A DNA stretch of 63,616 bases, the filler included, from Chiloscyllium plagiosum (lineage: Eukaryota): the NCBI RefSeq assembly GCF_004010195.1. It is 6 parts of one record of this genome, joined end to end, with 100 filler letters (N's around TTAATTAATTAA, not from the genome) between each part and the next. Parts side by side here need not be neighbours in the genome. Positions count along the whole stretch, not along the records: positions 47,531 to 60,935 come from NC_057716.1; positions 61,036 to 63,616 come from NC_057716.1; 4 more parts are not named here. One strand, 5' to 3'. The notes under the pieces were generated by a model. It did no database searches, was not told the DNA's origin, and saw only the letters and a list, made by a program, of their open reading frames with translations. Both the position numbers and the translations under genes were made by a program. This document shows, piece by piece, positions 51,150 to 63,616 of this stretch; position 1 is the stretch's first letter, and the number at the start of each line of letters is the position of its first letter.

Positions 51150-52912
51150 GTATGTTTTCTTTTCTCCAAACTGTGAGACCTAATGATGTTTGGGTGGGTG
51201 AAGTCTCATCCTATGTGTTTTTAATGTATATTTTTGTACATATTAGGATGAACTTAGTTTTCATAAAATTATTTAATAAAGGTAAGAAACTGTTTAAAGA
51301 CAAAATACTGCAGATGTTGATAAGATCTGGCAGCATCTGTGAAAGGAAACAGAGTTGACATTTTGAGTCTTGTATGACTTCCTCATAACCCTGTTTACCT
51401 AACATATTTGCCTTTTACCATACAAGGTGATATTTTATCAAGTTTCCATTTATTTAAGAAGTGAAGTATTTTGCACAAAGACCAAAAGGGGAAAGCGTTC
51501 ATCCAATAATATTCATTTTTTTCACTGCACTTCCAGCCATTTACAAATATTGATTTGTGTGTTCCTTTCAATACAGTATAGTTTCATAGTGACAAATGGT
51601 TCATATGGCATATATTTGAGTGCCTGTGTTCATTATGTAGGTAAAATAATTTCTCCACAAGGTAAATCTTTAAGGCTGCATGGCAGCTTAGAATCAATCG
51701 TAACTAAGAAAAGGAAAGCATTCAATGCGCTGTGCCTCTGCTGGTTCCTTGAAAGAGCTAGCCAATTAAATGCGCGGTCATGTTCTTTCGATAGAGTCCT
51801 GCAAGCTTTCCACTTCGTGTTTGGGGAACTGGGGTTCATGTGAATAGGAGCTTACCAGACATTTTGAGAGAACAGTCAGCAAACCATATGAGATCTCTAG
51901 GTTCATGAATAACTGGTGTTGAGTACAATAAGCAACACAGTTATGCTAAAACTTCGTAAAGCTCTGGTTAGACCACGACTAGAGTATTATGCCCATTTTT
52001 GACCATTATACATTGGGAAAGACATGAGCGCTCTTTAAAAGTTGCAGATTTACCAGAATGATTCCAAGCATAAGGAAGTTTAGTTGCAAGGTTCTATGCA
52101 CATTGAAGAATGTGGAGTGATAGAGCAATGGAGATTGAAAAGGGATTTGATTGCGATCTACAATATTATGATTGTGGAACCTACCAGGGCTAGGGAATAC
52201 AGACTTGAGCTCCAATGCACAGATTTTCTGGAGCTAGGAAAGAAATTAAAAAGAAGGACCTCATCTGTGGATTGCTTCCAGTGCTGTGTGTGGCTAAAAG
52301 CATGCTGCAGAATAGACAGTTTCAGATTAATGGGATATTGGAACTAGTTTTGGAGCAGGGGGCATCTACCAAAAGCTTGAAGGTTGGGAGCAATTTAGAA
52401 TCCAGCAAAGGATAATAAAGAAACAGATGATAAAGAAGAAGAAAAGAGAATATTGATGCAATCTAGTGAAAAACAAAGATGGATATTGTAAAGGCATGTG
52501 GAAAGAAAAAATTAGTGAGGACAAATGCAAGCTCATTACAGGTGGATACAGCAGATTTTACAGTGGAAGATTACGTAGAAAAACTCCCAGAAACGCTGAA
52601 TAACCCATGGGACTTGCGAAACTGAGGAACTGAAGAAACTAGTAATAATAAAAAGGTCATATTTGCAAAGTTTGCTGGATGGAAGAATTATTTTTTTAAT
52701 CCTGTAGACCAGATGAGCTTCATCCCAGAGTATTGAAGGTGGTAACTATAGAGATAGTGAATGTATGGTAGTTACCTTTCATAATTCTACAGAATCTGTA
52801 AAGATTCTGCAGTGTAGATAAAGGGGAACCAGTGAATGTTACATACTTTTGATTTTCAGAAGGTTTTCAATGAGATCCTCCAAGGGAGTTCAGCAAAACA
52901 ATATCATAGAGC

Positions 52913-53136
52913 TTGTGAGACGATTTGTAGCTCGGGTGCTCGTTGTTGTGGTTCTGTTCACCGAGGTGGAAATTTGTGTTGCAGACGTTTCGTCCCCTGT
53001 CTAGGTGACATCCTCAGTGCTTGGGGGCCTCCTGTGAAGCTTCACAGGAGGCTCCCAAGCACTGAGGATGTCACCTAGACAGGGGACGAAACGTCTGCAA
53101 CACAAATTCCCAGCTCGGCGAACAGAACCACAACAA
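52913..53136. mobile_element. Palindromic PLE-terminus insertion carrying two opposed hammerheads
   Basis: 97-bp arms (52943-53039 / 53040-53136) with 4 mismatches and no loop. TSD AACAATATCATAGAGC (52897-52912, 53132-53147). Confidence 0.92.
53059..53098 (+). ncRNA. Minimal hammerhead ribozyme (mirror copy at 52981-53020 on the minus strand)
   Basis: GCA-CTGAGGA-T-GTCACCT AGAC AGGGGAC-GAAA-CGTC-TGC. Confidence 0.75.
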
Positions 53137-56100
53137 TATCATAGAGCACATGGGATTAGAGGTAATACACTACAATGGATTGAAAATTGGTTAACCGGCA
53201 GAAAGCAGATAGTAGGAATAAACAGATTATTCTCAGGATGGAAGATTGTTACCACTGGGGTATTGCAAAGATCAGCGATAGAGCCAGAACTGTTCACAAT
53301 ATCCTTTAGATCTGGGTTGTAATATTGCCAAATCTGTTCTTGACACAAAACAAATTGGGAATGCAAGGTATGAGGAAGGTCCAACAAGACTGCATGCAGA
53401 TTGGTGAATGGGCCAGAACATGGCAGATGTAATGTCATGTGAATAACTATTATATTATTCACTTTGGAAGGAAAAACAGAAGGGCAGAGTTTTTCTGAAA
53501 TGGCTAGAGGTCACAAAATGTTGACATCCAAAAGGACACAAGTGTCACAGAGTCATTCAGCACCAGAAACAGACCCTTCAATCCAAACACTCCAAGCTGA
53601 TCCAAACTAAAAAAAAGTCCCACCTACCTGCACTTGGCCCATATCCTTCCAAACATTTCTTACTCATGTAATTATCCAAATGTCTTTTAAACATAGTAAT
53701 TGTACACGCATTCACCACTTCCTCCGGAAGTCGATTCCACTTATGAACCACTCTGTGTAAAAAAAAAAAGTTGCCCTTCATGTGTCTCTCAAATGTTTTT
53801 CTCTTCTCACATTAAAAATATGCCCTCTCGTCTTGAAATACCCAGCCCTAGGGAAAATCCACCTGCCATGCACCTTATCTATCCTCTCATGATTTTATAT
53901 ACCTCTTGAAGGTCACCCTTCAATCTTGTACACTCCAGTGAAAAAAGTCTCCACCTATCCAGCCTCTGCTTATAACCCAAATCCTCATTCCTGGCAGCAT
54001 CCTGGTAAATCTTTTCTGAAAAACTAACCTGCAGGTGAAGCAAGCATTTAGCAAGGCAAAGGGTCTGTCGGCCTTTAATCTACTTTCCCAATCTAGTATA
54101 GTTAACTTGCTGGTCATACCTTCATAGTTAACGTTGTTGAGATTTTGCAATCCCAATTTCAGAATGAATTTATCACATTTAAACATAATGTGAAATTCCA
54201 AATTATGGCTAATATTTCACAAAAGCTCTTGTAGTGTAAGAATATTTATTAACTGTTTTTTAACTATTATTAGAAGTAGAAATAGTAAAGCAGTCATGGA
54301 AACATAGCCTGCTGTGCTATCCCATATGACCATAGCTGATCATTGGTTCAATATCCTAATCCCACCCTCCTTCCATATTCCTCGATCCTTTTAGCCACAA
54401 GAGTTATATCTACCACCACCTTGAAAAAATACAATGTTTTGGCTTCAAACACTTTCAGTGGTGGTGAATTCCACAAGCTGTCCATTCCTTAATGAAGAAA
54501 TTTCACCTCATCTCAGTCCTGAAAGGTTACCCGTTATCTTTAAATTATGACCCCTTTCTCTGGACTAAGCCATCATCCTTCCTGCGTGTAACCTGTCAAG
54601 TCCTATTGGAATTGTATAGTTTTTTGAGATTCCCCTGCATTCTTCTCAGCTCCAGTACCTACGATCCTAACCAATCTCTCCCCATACGTCAGTCTTGCCA
54701 TCCCAGGAATCAATTTGGTAAACCTTTGCTGCATTCCCTCTATAGCAACAACATCCTTCCTCAGATAAGGAGTCCTAAACTGCACACACTATTCTGGGTG
54801 CGGCCTAACCAATGCACTGTACAATTGCATCAAGACATCCTTGTTCCTGTACTCAAATACTCTTACTATGAAGGCCATAATGCGGTTCAGCTTCTTAACT
54901 GCTTGCTGCACCTGCGTGCATACAGCAACTGGTACATGAGGACATACGTCTCGTTGGACATATCTTTCTCTTAATTTAGAGCCATTCAGATAATAATCTG
55001 CCTTCCTATTTTTGCTACCAAAGAAATTTCACATTTATCCACATTATCCTGCATCTTGCCAGAATTCTTCTTCAGCATGTGAGAGTAATGAGGTAGTTGA
55101 TCCTGAGAACAGGTTCCTGAATTTTAATAAAGGAAACTACAATTGTATGAGGCATGAGTTGGCAATGATAGATTGGGAAATGTTACTGAAAGGAATAACA
55201 ATGGATAGGCAACGGCAAACATCAAAGAGCAACTGGGTGAAACACAACAAAAAAGGATTCTTGTCTGAGGCAAGAGTAAAAGGAGAACAGTGCCCAAACC
55301 ATGCCTTATGAAGGAAGAAAAAGAAGGAAATTAGATGCAAAAAAGAGGCATACAAATTGGCAAGAAAAGTCGATAGACTTGAGGATTCGGAGCAATTTAG
55401 AAGCCAGCAAAAGAGGACCAAGGGATTTATTAAGAACGGGAAAATAGAGTATGAGAGTAAGTGGAGAACATTAGAACTGATTGTGAAAGTTTCTATGGTT
55501 ACATAAAAGGAAAAAATAGATGGAAACTAATGTAAGTCCCTTACGGTCAGAAATGGGCAATTTATAATCGGGAACAAAAAATTAGCTGATTAACTAAATT
55601 AATTCTTTGCTTCTGCCTTCACAAAGGTGGACATAAGTAATATACGATGAAGAATACAGAGTTTATTAAGAGGGAGGAACAGAAGGAAATCTATATTAAT
55701 AGAGAAATTAATTTGGAGAAATTGATAGGATTGAAGACATAAATCCCCAGTGCCTAATAATGTATCTCGCAGAGTATTTATGGACGTGGCCCGAGAAATT
55801 GCATATGCATTGGTGGTCATCTTCCTAGATTCTTTAGATTCGAACCGTTCCTCCAGATCTTAGGTTGGGTAATATAATCCACTCCTTAAAAATGAAGGTA
55901 GCGAGAAAATGGAATTATAGGCCAGTGAGTCAGTAGTGGAGAAGATGCTAGCGTATAATAAAGGATTTCCAAATAGGAAAATAGTGGTAGAATAAGACAC
56001 AGCATGGATTAACAAAAGGGAAATCATGCTTGAGAAATCTACTGGAATTTTTCAAGATGTGGTTCACTGAGATTTTCAGAAGGCTTTTGACAAAGTCCCA

Positions 56101-57489
56101 CATAAGAGATTAATGTGTAAAATGAAAGCACATTGGATTGGGTGTAGTGTATTGAGTTGCATAGAAAATTGCTTAACAAACAGGAAACGAAGATTCAGAA
56201 TAAATAAGACCGGGCCTGTAGTTGGGAAATGGAGTTTGGATTGGAGACCAAAAATAGTGGCTTCTGACTTTCTAATATTGGAGAAAATTTCTGCTCATTA
56301 ATAATGGTTGTCTGATCATCATTTCAATAATTCAGCAACAGTAAATGAGTTACGCGTGACATAAGGTTGAGCTGTTCAGTGGAATATTTAATTTGGTAAT
56401 TCAGATAGCCAAATACTTTTAGCAAAAAACAGGATAACAAAATGGGTTCTGTTAATTTGGAGACATATTTGGTTAATACTTTAATATTGTTGCACTGTAT
56501 GACAGTTATCATCTTGTGATCCTTTGTCGTCTTATCTTCCTCCTGCAATGAAGATTTTAAGTAACTTTAAAGTATTTTAAACCACATGTATGTTGTATAC
56601 ATGATATTCCCTCTTCCCCTGTATCGCTCATTCACAGTGCCTCCTGCTTATTTTTCAAGTACATTACTGACCATTCAGCTTCCGTCACTTTAGAACTCAC
56701 TTTCAGCAGGGTAAAGTCAGAGGTCTTGTTGTCACCCAGGAGTTTTACAACAATCTTCTACCTAAGTTCCTAAATAAATTCTCTTAAGCTGACGTGATTA
56801 TAACAACTGCTTCCAGGGAAATGGTTAATGAACTTGAGGCTGGTGCTTTCTGATCCTCTCGGATTGAAAGTTCGAAAAGCATTCAGAAATGCTGAAATCC
56901 TTTCAGAGCTTGGAGAGTTTTTGTCACTGAAATCCAGATTTTTGATATTTATTTGTTTGGAAATCTGGAGTGAGATTTCAATTCAGAAGATTTCCGTTCA
57001 CTCCACATTATACTTTTTAAAGACCTAAAACGTTGTAGGTCTGGCTTCACACGCATCTGTTGGTAGCTAATGTTAGCAAGTTTGGTCCAGGAAAAGATCT
57101 GTATTTAGATAGCTATGGAAAAAAAGTCATTGTCAGCAGAACATGCTGCATTCCGTTCAATCCAACCATGAGGTTCTCCTCTCTGAATATGACTAAGCTA
57201 TTTACCAAAGCTTATTACCAAGATTGATAACTTGGAATAATTTGGAATTCTAAAGTTGGAAATAAAGCACTGTGGTCCTCTTTTGCTCAGACCACAGGCT
57301 TAACATATTTAGAACATAATCAATGGTGAGAAACAAATCAGTGACCCCTCTCTTCCCACTGTCACCTCCAAGTATTTAAATTTAATACCACTTACTCCAA
57401 ACTTCACTTTTTTTTAAGATTGACTTAAAGGTTGATTTTAAAGGACTGGATAATTCTGCTGACTGAAAAACTCTCCACATAACAACATA

Positions 57490-59265
57490 ATGCACAAGAA
57501 ATTAAAAAGTGATATTCAGACCTACCTTTCCTTAAAATCACGGCTAATCTGCCCTAAACCTTAATTCCTATTTAGTCCCAGTTTCTCATAGCCCTGAACT
57601 CCTCTATTTCAAAAAATCTATTTACCTCTTACTACTTTGTGATCTACCCTCCACTATTCTCTGTGGTGAAGAATTCCATTCACAACCCTCTGGGAGAAGA
57701 AGCTCCTTGATATTTCACTTTTAAATGTGTTCCCTTATTCTGTAACTGTGTGCCCTATTTCGAGATGTCCTCCACTACTGGAAAGATCTTCATAACCTGT
57801 GCCCTGTCAAACCCCTTCAAAATACCATATAATGATAAGACCACTCCCTCATTCTTCAAAAATTGAATGAATGAAGTCTCAACCTGTTCAGCTGTTCTTG
57901 ATCATTCACCCTCTTCAAACACAGGAATCAACCTAGTGATTCTCTGTTGAATTGCCTGCATTGCTAATATTTTCTTAAGTACAGGATGAAAACTGTACAC
58001 ACTATTCTTCCCTGTTTTTAAACTCCAACTGTGTAGCAATAGAGGCCAGAATTCCATTTGTATTAATTACTTACTGCACCTACATGCTAACCTTTCATGT
58101 TCATGCGCAAGAACACCTGAACCCCTCTGTGCTGTGCTTTTCTTGGAGTCTATCTCCATTTAAATAATCTGCCTTTTGATTCTCCGACCAAACTTCTCTC
58201 TTTTCTGTATTAAACCCCATCTACCAAATTTTTGCTCATTCACTCAATCTATCTGTAACCCCTTACAGACTCATTATGCCTCATCACAACATGCCTTCCA
58301 ACTTATTTTTTGAATTGTCAGCTAATTTGTCCTCTCTTCCAAATCATTAATATAAATAGGAAATAATTGAGGCCACAGGATTGATGTTCATGGCAATCCA
58401 TTAGTTATGTCTTTCCAATTTAAAAAGACCTATTAATCCTGACTGTTAATCTTCTGCATGTTGATTTCTGTCCATACAAGACATTACCCCAATACCATGA
58501 ATTCCTAGTAGCTTTTTATGTGGCACCTTATCTAATGTCTTCTGGGAATCCAAATACACAACATCTGACTTTCTTTTTATCAACTGTGCTTGTTTTCTCC
58601 TCAAAGAACTCGAGCAAATTTGTGAAACATGATTTCCCATTTAAAAAAAAAACGTGTTCACTCTCTGATTACATGAAGCGTTTCTAAATGTCTTGCTTTT
58701 TCTTCCTCAATACTGGAACCTAGCATCTTCCCAACAATTGATTATATGCTAATTGGTCTGTAGTTTCCTGCTTTCTGTCTCCTTGAGCAGTGGCAATTTT
58801 CCAATCTGCTGGAACCTCATGAATCCATTGAGTTTTAGAATATTTCAAACAACGCCACCACTGAGCTGTGCAGCCACTTCCTTTAAAACCTCTGGGTGCA
58901 GGCCATCAGCTTAACTGCCTTCAGTCCATTAGTTAGTCAAAATATTTTCCAAGTCCTCAAGTTTCATTTGGCTACAGATAGAATTTTAAAAACACAATGA
59001 AATGCCGCTTGTATTAGAACATAGAAAAATACAGCGCAGTACAGGCCCTTTGGCCCTCGATGTTGCGCCGATCCAAGCCCACCTAACCTACACTAGCCCA
59101 CTATCCTCCATATGCCTATCCAATGCCCGTTTAAATGCCCATAAAGAGGGAGAGTCCATCACTGCTACTGGCAGGGCATTCCATGAACTCACAACTCGTT
59201 GAGTAAACCCCTAACATCTGTCCTATACCTACCACCCCTTAATTTAAAGCTATGCCCCCTCGTAA
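57490..59265 (-). mobile_element. Old CR1 RT-3' fragment plus a younger CR1 3' end (~59015-59265)
   Basis: Peptide DVVYLDSQKTLDKVPHKKLL; AGAACATAGAA tail on the + strand. Confidence 0.75.
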
Positions 59266-59592
59266 TATTAGAATAATACAAAGCACTTTGCTTTGATTGA
59301 AGAGAAGCAAGCCAAACTCATCCAACATACTGGACTGCTTTTAGTCTTCACAACACAAATACTAGGTAGGGCCAGCTGTAAACTCTGAAACTGGTAAACA
59401 ACCGCAGAGAGAAACTGTTGTCACCAACTGAAAGGAAGATATTGCAACAGTTATGCATTATTTAGTCAGCTCCATGGCCACAATGTTATCTAATTTGACA
59501 AGTGTGGAGAACACCTCGTTAAGATTACTACATTCAACAACTGGGCCTTGGTGAATGCTGTTGTAAACATCAGTAGTATATTTTCGGGGATC

Positions 59593-59604
59593 CAAGATGG
59601 CGGC
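59593..59604 (+). promoter_or_regulatory. YY1-type motif at L1 5' end
   Basis: CAAGATGGCGGC a few bases from the G-run start, as in L1 internal promoters. Confidence 0.6.
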
Positions 59605-59767
59605 GACCCAGTAAGACTGAGTCTATAGTGCTCCTCCCAAGACTTGGGCACAGTGGGTCACCTACCCCCTACCAAGCTCACCAAATCATTTATAAATCAT
59701 TTATAATAGTTTAGTAACTGAATTAGTGGTGTAATATTACGTTTAAGCAACTTTATCCTAAGTTAAA

Positions 59768-60589
59768 ATGACTAAAGGGAAGGGAGCCCGCAGCTCTCAG
59801 CAAGCAGCAACCCCTCCCCCACACTCTCCAGCTGCAGCAGAGCCGTCCACAGCCGCCCCGGGGGACTTACCTACAGTAACAAGCCTTGCAGAAATGCTTT
59901 CCAAGCTTGACTCGAAGATCGATGCCTTTATCGTCGAATCCAGAAATCGTTGGGAGTCGCTCTCGGCCGCGCTGAAGAAGCACGACCGTGAAATTGAAGA
60001 AATTCAACGCCGAGCCGGAGGGGCGGAGCTAAAGGCCGCGACCTCGGAGACAACCGCTCAATCGGCCGTGGATCAAGTCCGGACTCTCGAGCAGCGAGTC
60101 CGGACCTTGGAAAATCATATTGACGACCTCGATAATCGAGGTCGTCGAAAAAATATTCGTTTGCTGGGCCTTCCCGAACAGGAAGAGGAAGGCCAGCTTA
60201 CAGCATTCCTGGAGCAGTGGCTGCCACAACTTTTAAATCTGCAAGCTGGATCAGGCCAGGTAAGGATGGAATGGGCCTACCGGGTAGCAATACGCGGGCC
60301 CGGCTCGAACCAGCGCCCACGCCCGGTCCTGTGCCGGCTGCAGAGCTACAGGGAGAGGCAGATACTACTAGAAGCCACTAGAAATCTCGGAAAAGACCCC
60401 CAAGCTATGATCTACAAAGATCTGGTTCGAAAGAGGAAGGCATTCGACGAGGCGAAGAAGCGTTTAAGGGACTTAAATGTACAGTACTCCTTACGCTACC
60501 CAGCGATGTTACGCTTTAACCATGAAGGATCTGTATATAACTTTGGATCACCAGAAAAGGCTAAGGAATTCTTGGACTCTCTTAGATAA
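59768..60589 (+). CDS. L1-type ORF1p (coiled coil-RRM-CTD, Transposase_22-like)
   Basis: Heptad repeats, then DDLDNRGRRKNIRLLGLPE, EWAYRV, RPRPVLCRL and YSLRYPAMLR; 273-aa open frame. Confidence 0.9.
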   Translation: MTKGKGARSSQQAATPPPHSPAAAEPSTAAPGDLPTVTSLAEMLSKLDSKIDAFIVESRNRWESLSAALKKHDREIEEIQRRAGGAELKAATSETTAQSAVDQVRTLEQRVRTLENHIDDLDNRGRRKNIRLLGLPEQEEEGQLTAFLEQWLPQLLNLQAGSGQVRMEWAYRVAIRGPGSNQRPRPVLCRLQSYRERQILLEATRNLGKDPQAMIYKDLVRKRKAFDEAKKRLRDLNVQYSLRYPAMLRFNHEGSVYNFGSPEKAKEFLDSLR

Positions 60590-60935
60590 ACTGTAGGACA
60601 TAATGGATATTGGCCTTCCTTTCCCCCCCACTTTGGTTTATATCCCCCCCTTTTTTTTTCTCTTACCTTACTGTTTAATATTATCATGGGGGGTGGGGAG
60701 AGGGATTTGATTTTCTCCCCCCCCCCCCCTTGGAGTTGTTTTCTGTTATTATTTTATGTATATATGAGGGATGTATGTATATGTGTGTGTATGTGTATAT
60801 ATGTATATATATATATATGTGTGTATGTGTATGTATATATATGTATATATAAACTGGGGGATTTGGTTAATGTGGGTGGGGGGAGGTGGTTACCTTATTC
60901 GATTTTACCTCTGTCTTTAGGAGCGGGGTTGTTTT

Positions 60936-61035
60936 NNNNNNNNNNNNNNNNNNNNNNNNNNNNNNNNNNNNNNNNNNNNTTAATTAATTAANNNNNNNNN
61001 NNNNNNNNNNNNNNNNNNNNNNNNNNNNNNNNNNN
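60936..61035. other. Artificial contig linker
   Basis: 44N-TTAATTAATTAA-44N. Confidence 0.95.
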
Positions 61036-61155
61036 GAAGGGCTTATGCCCGAAACGTCGATTCTCCTGTTCCCTGGATGCTGCCTGACCTGCTGCGCTTT
61101 TCCAGCAACACGTTTCCAGCTCTGATCTCCAGCATCTGCAGACCTCACTTTCTCA
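61036..61155 (+). mobile_element. PLE 3' terminus (hammerhead cut by the linker)
   Basis: GAAGGGCTTATGCCCGAAACGTCGATTCTCC..., same family as 1100-1188. Confidence 0.85.
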
Positions 61156-61859
61156 TCTTTTCTTTATAGACAGGAAGGACATGTACATGAGTGCATCTCT
61201 TTCAACTTAACAAAATATGTAACAAACATTTGATTGGTTCATTTCTCAGGACAATGCCCTCACAAATCAGAGTCAACCTGGCTGGTTTAATATTTAAACA
61301 AAGCCTGAGAGTTATCTATTAATCAGTATGATCAGTGTATCCCATCAAGTTCACTAATGTAATTTAGGGACAGAAAACTACCAAGGCCATCACTGCAGAT
61401 TTGAAACATGGACTGAAGAGTGAATTTCAGAGTTGAGGTGAGAGTAGCTGCCTTTGACATAAGGCTACATATAATAATTGCTTCACACAAGCGCCAGGCA
61501 CTGATTATCTCCAACAAGAGAGAATCTAACAATCACCCCTTAAAATTCAATGCATTTCTATCGTAGAATCCCCCATTAACATCTTAAGAGATTATCATTG
61601 ACCAAAACTAGAACTGGACTAGCTATATAACTGCTGTGGTTACAACAGCAGGTCAGAGGCTAGAAACCCTACAGCAAGTAATTCACTTCCTGCCTTCCCA
61701 AAGCTTTGCACTATCTACAAAACATAAGTTATGAGTGTGGTGGAATACTCTGTGGTTGCCTGGATGAATGTAGCTATAACAACATTAAAAGCTTGACACA
61801 AGCAGGACAAAGTAGCTGGCTTAATTGGCTCAACATCCACATCCATTTACTGTGTCCAA

Positions 61860-63616
61860 CATAGAGATGTACAAAGAGATGTCTAGCATGGAAACAGATT
61901 CTTCGGTCCAACCCGTCCATGCCTACCAGATATCCCAACCCAATCTAGTCCCACCTGCCAGCACCTGGACCATATTACTCCAAACCCTTCCTATTCATAT
62001 ACCCATCCAAATGCCTCTTAAATGTTGCAATTGTACCAGCCTCCGCCACATCCTCTGGCAGCTTATTCCATACACGTACCACCCTCTACGTGAAAAGGTT
62101 GCCCCTTAGGTCTCTTTTATATCTTTCCCCTCTCACCCAAAACCTATACCCTCTAGTTCTGGACCCCCCGACCACAGGAAAAAGACTTTGTCTGTTTATC
62201 CTATCCATGCCCCTCATAATTTTGTAAACCTCTATAAGGTTACCCCTCAGCCTCCGACGGTCCAGGGGAAACAGCCCCAGCCTGTTCAGCCTCTCCCTGT
62301 AGCTCAGATCCTCCAACCCTGGCAACATCCTTGTAAATCTTTTCTGAACCCTTTCAACTTTCACAACATCTTTCCGATAGGAAGGAGATGAGAATTGCAT
62401 GCAATATTCCAACAGTGGCCTAACCAATGTTTTGTACAGCCACAACATGACCTCGCAACTCCTGTACTCAATATTCTGACCAATAAAGGAAAGCATACCA
62501 AATGCCTTCTTCACTATCCTATCTACCTGCAACTCCATTTTCAAGTAGCTATGAACCTGCACTCCAAGGTCTCTTTGTTCAGCAACACTCCCTAGGACCT
62601 TACCATTCATTTTATAAGTCCTGCTAAGATTTGTTTTCCCAAAATGCAGCACCTTGCATTTATCTGAATTAAACTCAATCTGCAATTTCTCAGCCCATTG
62701 GCCCATCTGGTCCAGATCCTGTTGTAATCTGAGGTAACCCTCTTCGCTGTCCACTACGCCTCTAATTTTGGTGTCATCTGCAAACTTACTAACTGTACCT
62801 CTTATGCTAGCATTCCAATTCATTTATGTAAATGACAAAAGGTAGAGGGCCCAGCACTGATCCTTGTGGCACTTCACTGGTCACAGGCCAGCAGTCTGAA
62901 AAACAACCCTCCATCACCACCCTCTGTCTTCTACCTGTGAGCCAGTTCTGTATCCAAATGGCTAGTTCTCCCTGTATTCCGTGAGATCTAATCTTGCTAA
63001 TCAGTCTCCCATGGGGAACCTTGTCGAACGCCTTACTGAAGTCCATATAGATCACATCTACTGCTCTGCCCTCATCAATCTTCTTTGTTACTTCTTCAAA
63101 AAACTCAATCAAGTTTGTGAGACATTATTTCCCACGCACAAAGCCATGTTGACTATCCCGAATCAGTCCTTGCCTTTCCAAATACATGTACATCCTGTCC
63201 CTCAGGATTCCCTCCAACAACTTGCCCACCACCGAGATCAGGTTCACTGGTCTACAGTTCCCTGACTTGTATTTACAGCCCTTCTTAAACAATGGCACCA
63301 TGTTTTCCAACCTCCAGCCTTCCGGCACCCCACCTGTGACTATTGATGATACAAATATCTCAGCAAGAGGCCCAGCAATCACTTCTCTAGCTTCCCACAG
63401 AGTTCTTGGGTACACCTGATCAGGTCCTGGGGATGTATCCACCTTTAACTGTTTCAAGGCATCCAGCACTTCCTCCTCTGTAATCTGGATATTTTGCAAG
63501 ATGTCACCATCTATTTCCCTACTGTCTATATCTTCCATATCCTTTTCCACAGTAAATACTGATGCAAAATATTCATTTAGTATCTCCCCCATTTTCTGTG
63601 GCTCCACACAAAGGCC
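61860..63616 (-). mobile_element. Relatively young CR1 LINE, ORF2 RT domain to 3' end
   Basis: Three abutting ORFs (63125-63607, 62807-63112, 62086-62823) with MDFSKAFDKVPH, VPQGSVLGP and KFADDTK. Confidence 0.95.

Larger units (their letters stand above)
51850..56205. mobile_element. Nested old CR1 fragments in both orientations (intronic)
   Basis: Peptides DFQKVFNEI, GIRGNTLQWIENWL and YLRKDVVAIEGMQQRFTKLIPG. Minus pieces at ~53550-54020 and ~54280-55050; plus piece at ~55085-56205. Confidence 0.8.
59586..60935 (+). mobile_element. L1/Tx1-clade LINE 5' end (5' UTR, ORF1, inter-ORF region)
   Basis: Starts GGGGATCCAAGATGGCGGC; ORF1 follows; truncated by the linker. Confidence 0.85.

Overview
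Repeat-dominated vertebrate genomic DNA. It is most likely from an elasmobranch (shark), inferred from HE1-type V-SINEs, abundant CR1 LINEs and Penelope-like elements (PLEs). The window is not one contiguous locus: five identical 100-nt artificial linkers (44 N + TTAATTAATTAA + 44 N) split it into six pieces, and there are three further N gaps. The only confidently identified host gene is a four-exon fragment encoding the C-terminal coiled coil and PACT domain of pericentrin (48472-51149, +). The rest includes many CR1 fragments, a Rex1/Babar-like LINE, an L1-type 5' end with ORF1, a decayed Gypsy LTR retrotransposon with nested insertions, a solo LTR, a Tc1/mariner-type MITE, tRNA-derived SINEs and a ~10 kb 36-bp minisatellite. 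Most interesting are: (i) at least three families of PLE termini carrying minimal hammerhead-ribozyme cores, often as short fold-back insertions with target-site duplications, including a 97-bp-arm loopless hairpin in a PCNT intron; (ii) a phase-consistent chain of small minus-strand exon candidates (22607 to 7027) that I cannot identify; (iii) several templated-insertion or template-switch scars. Repeat boundaries were read by eye and are approximate unless a TSD is quoted.
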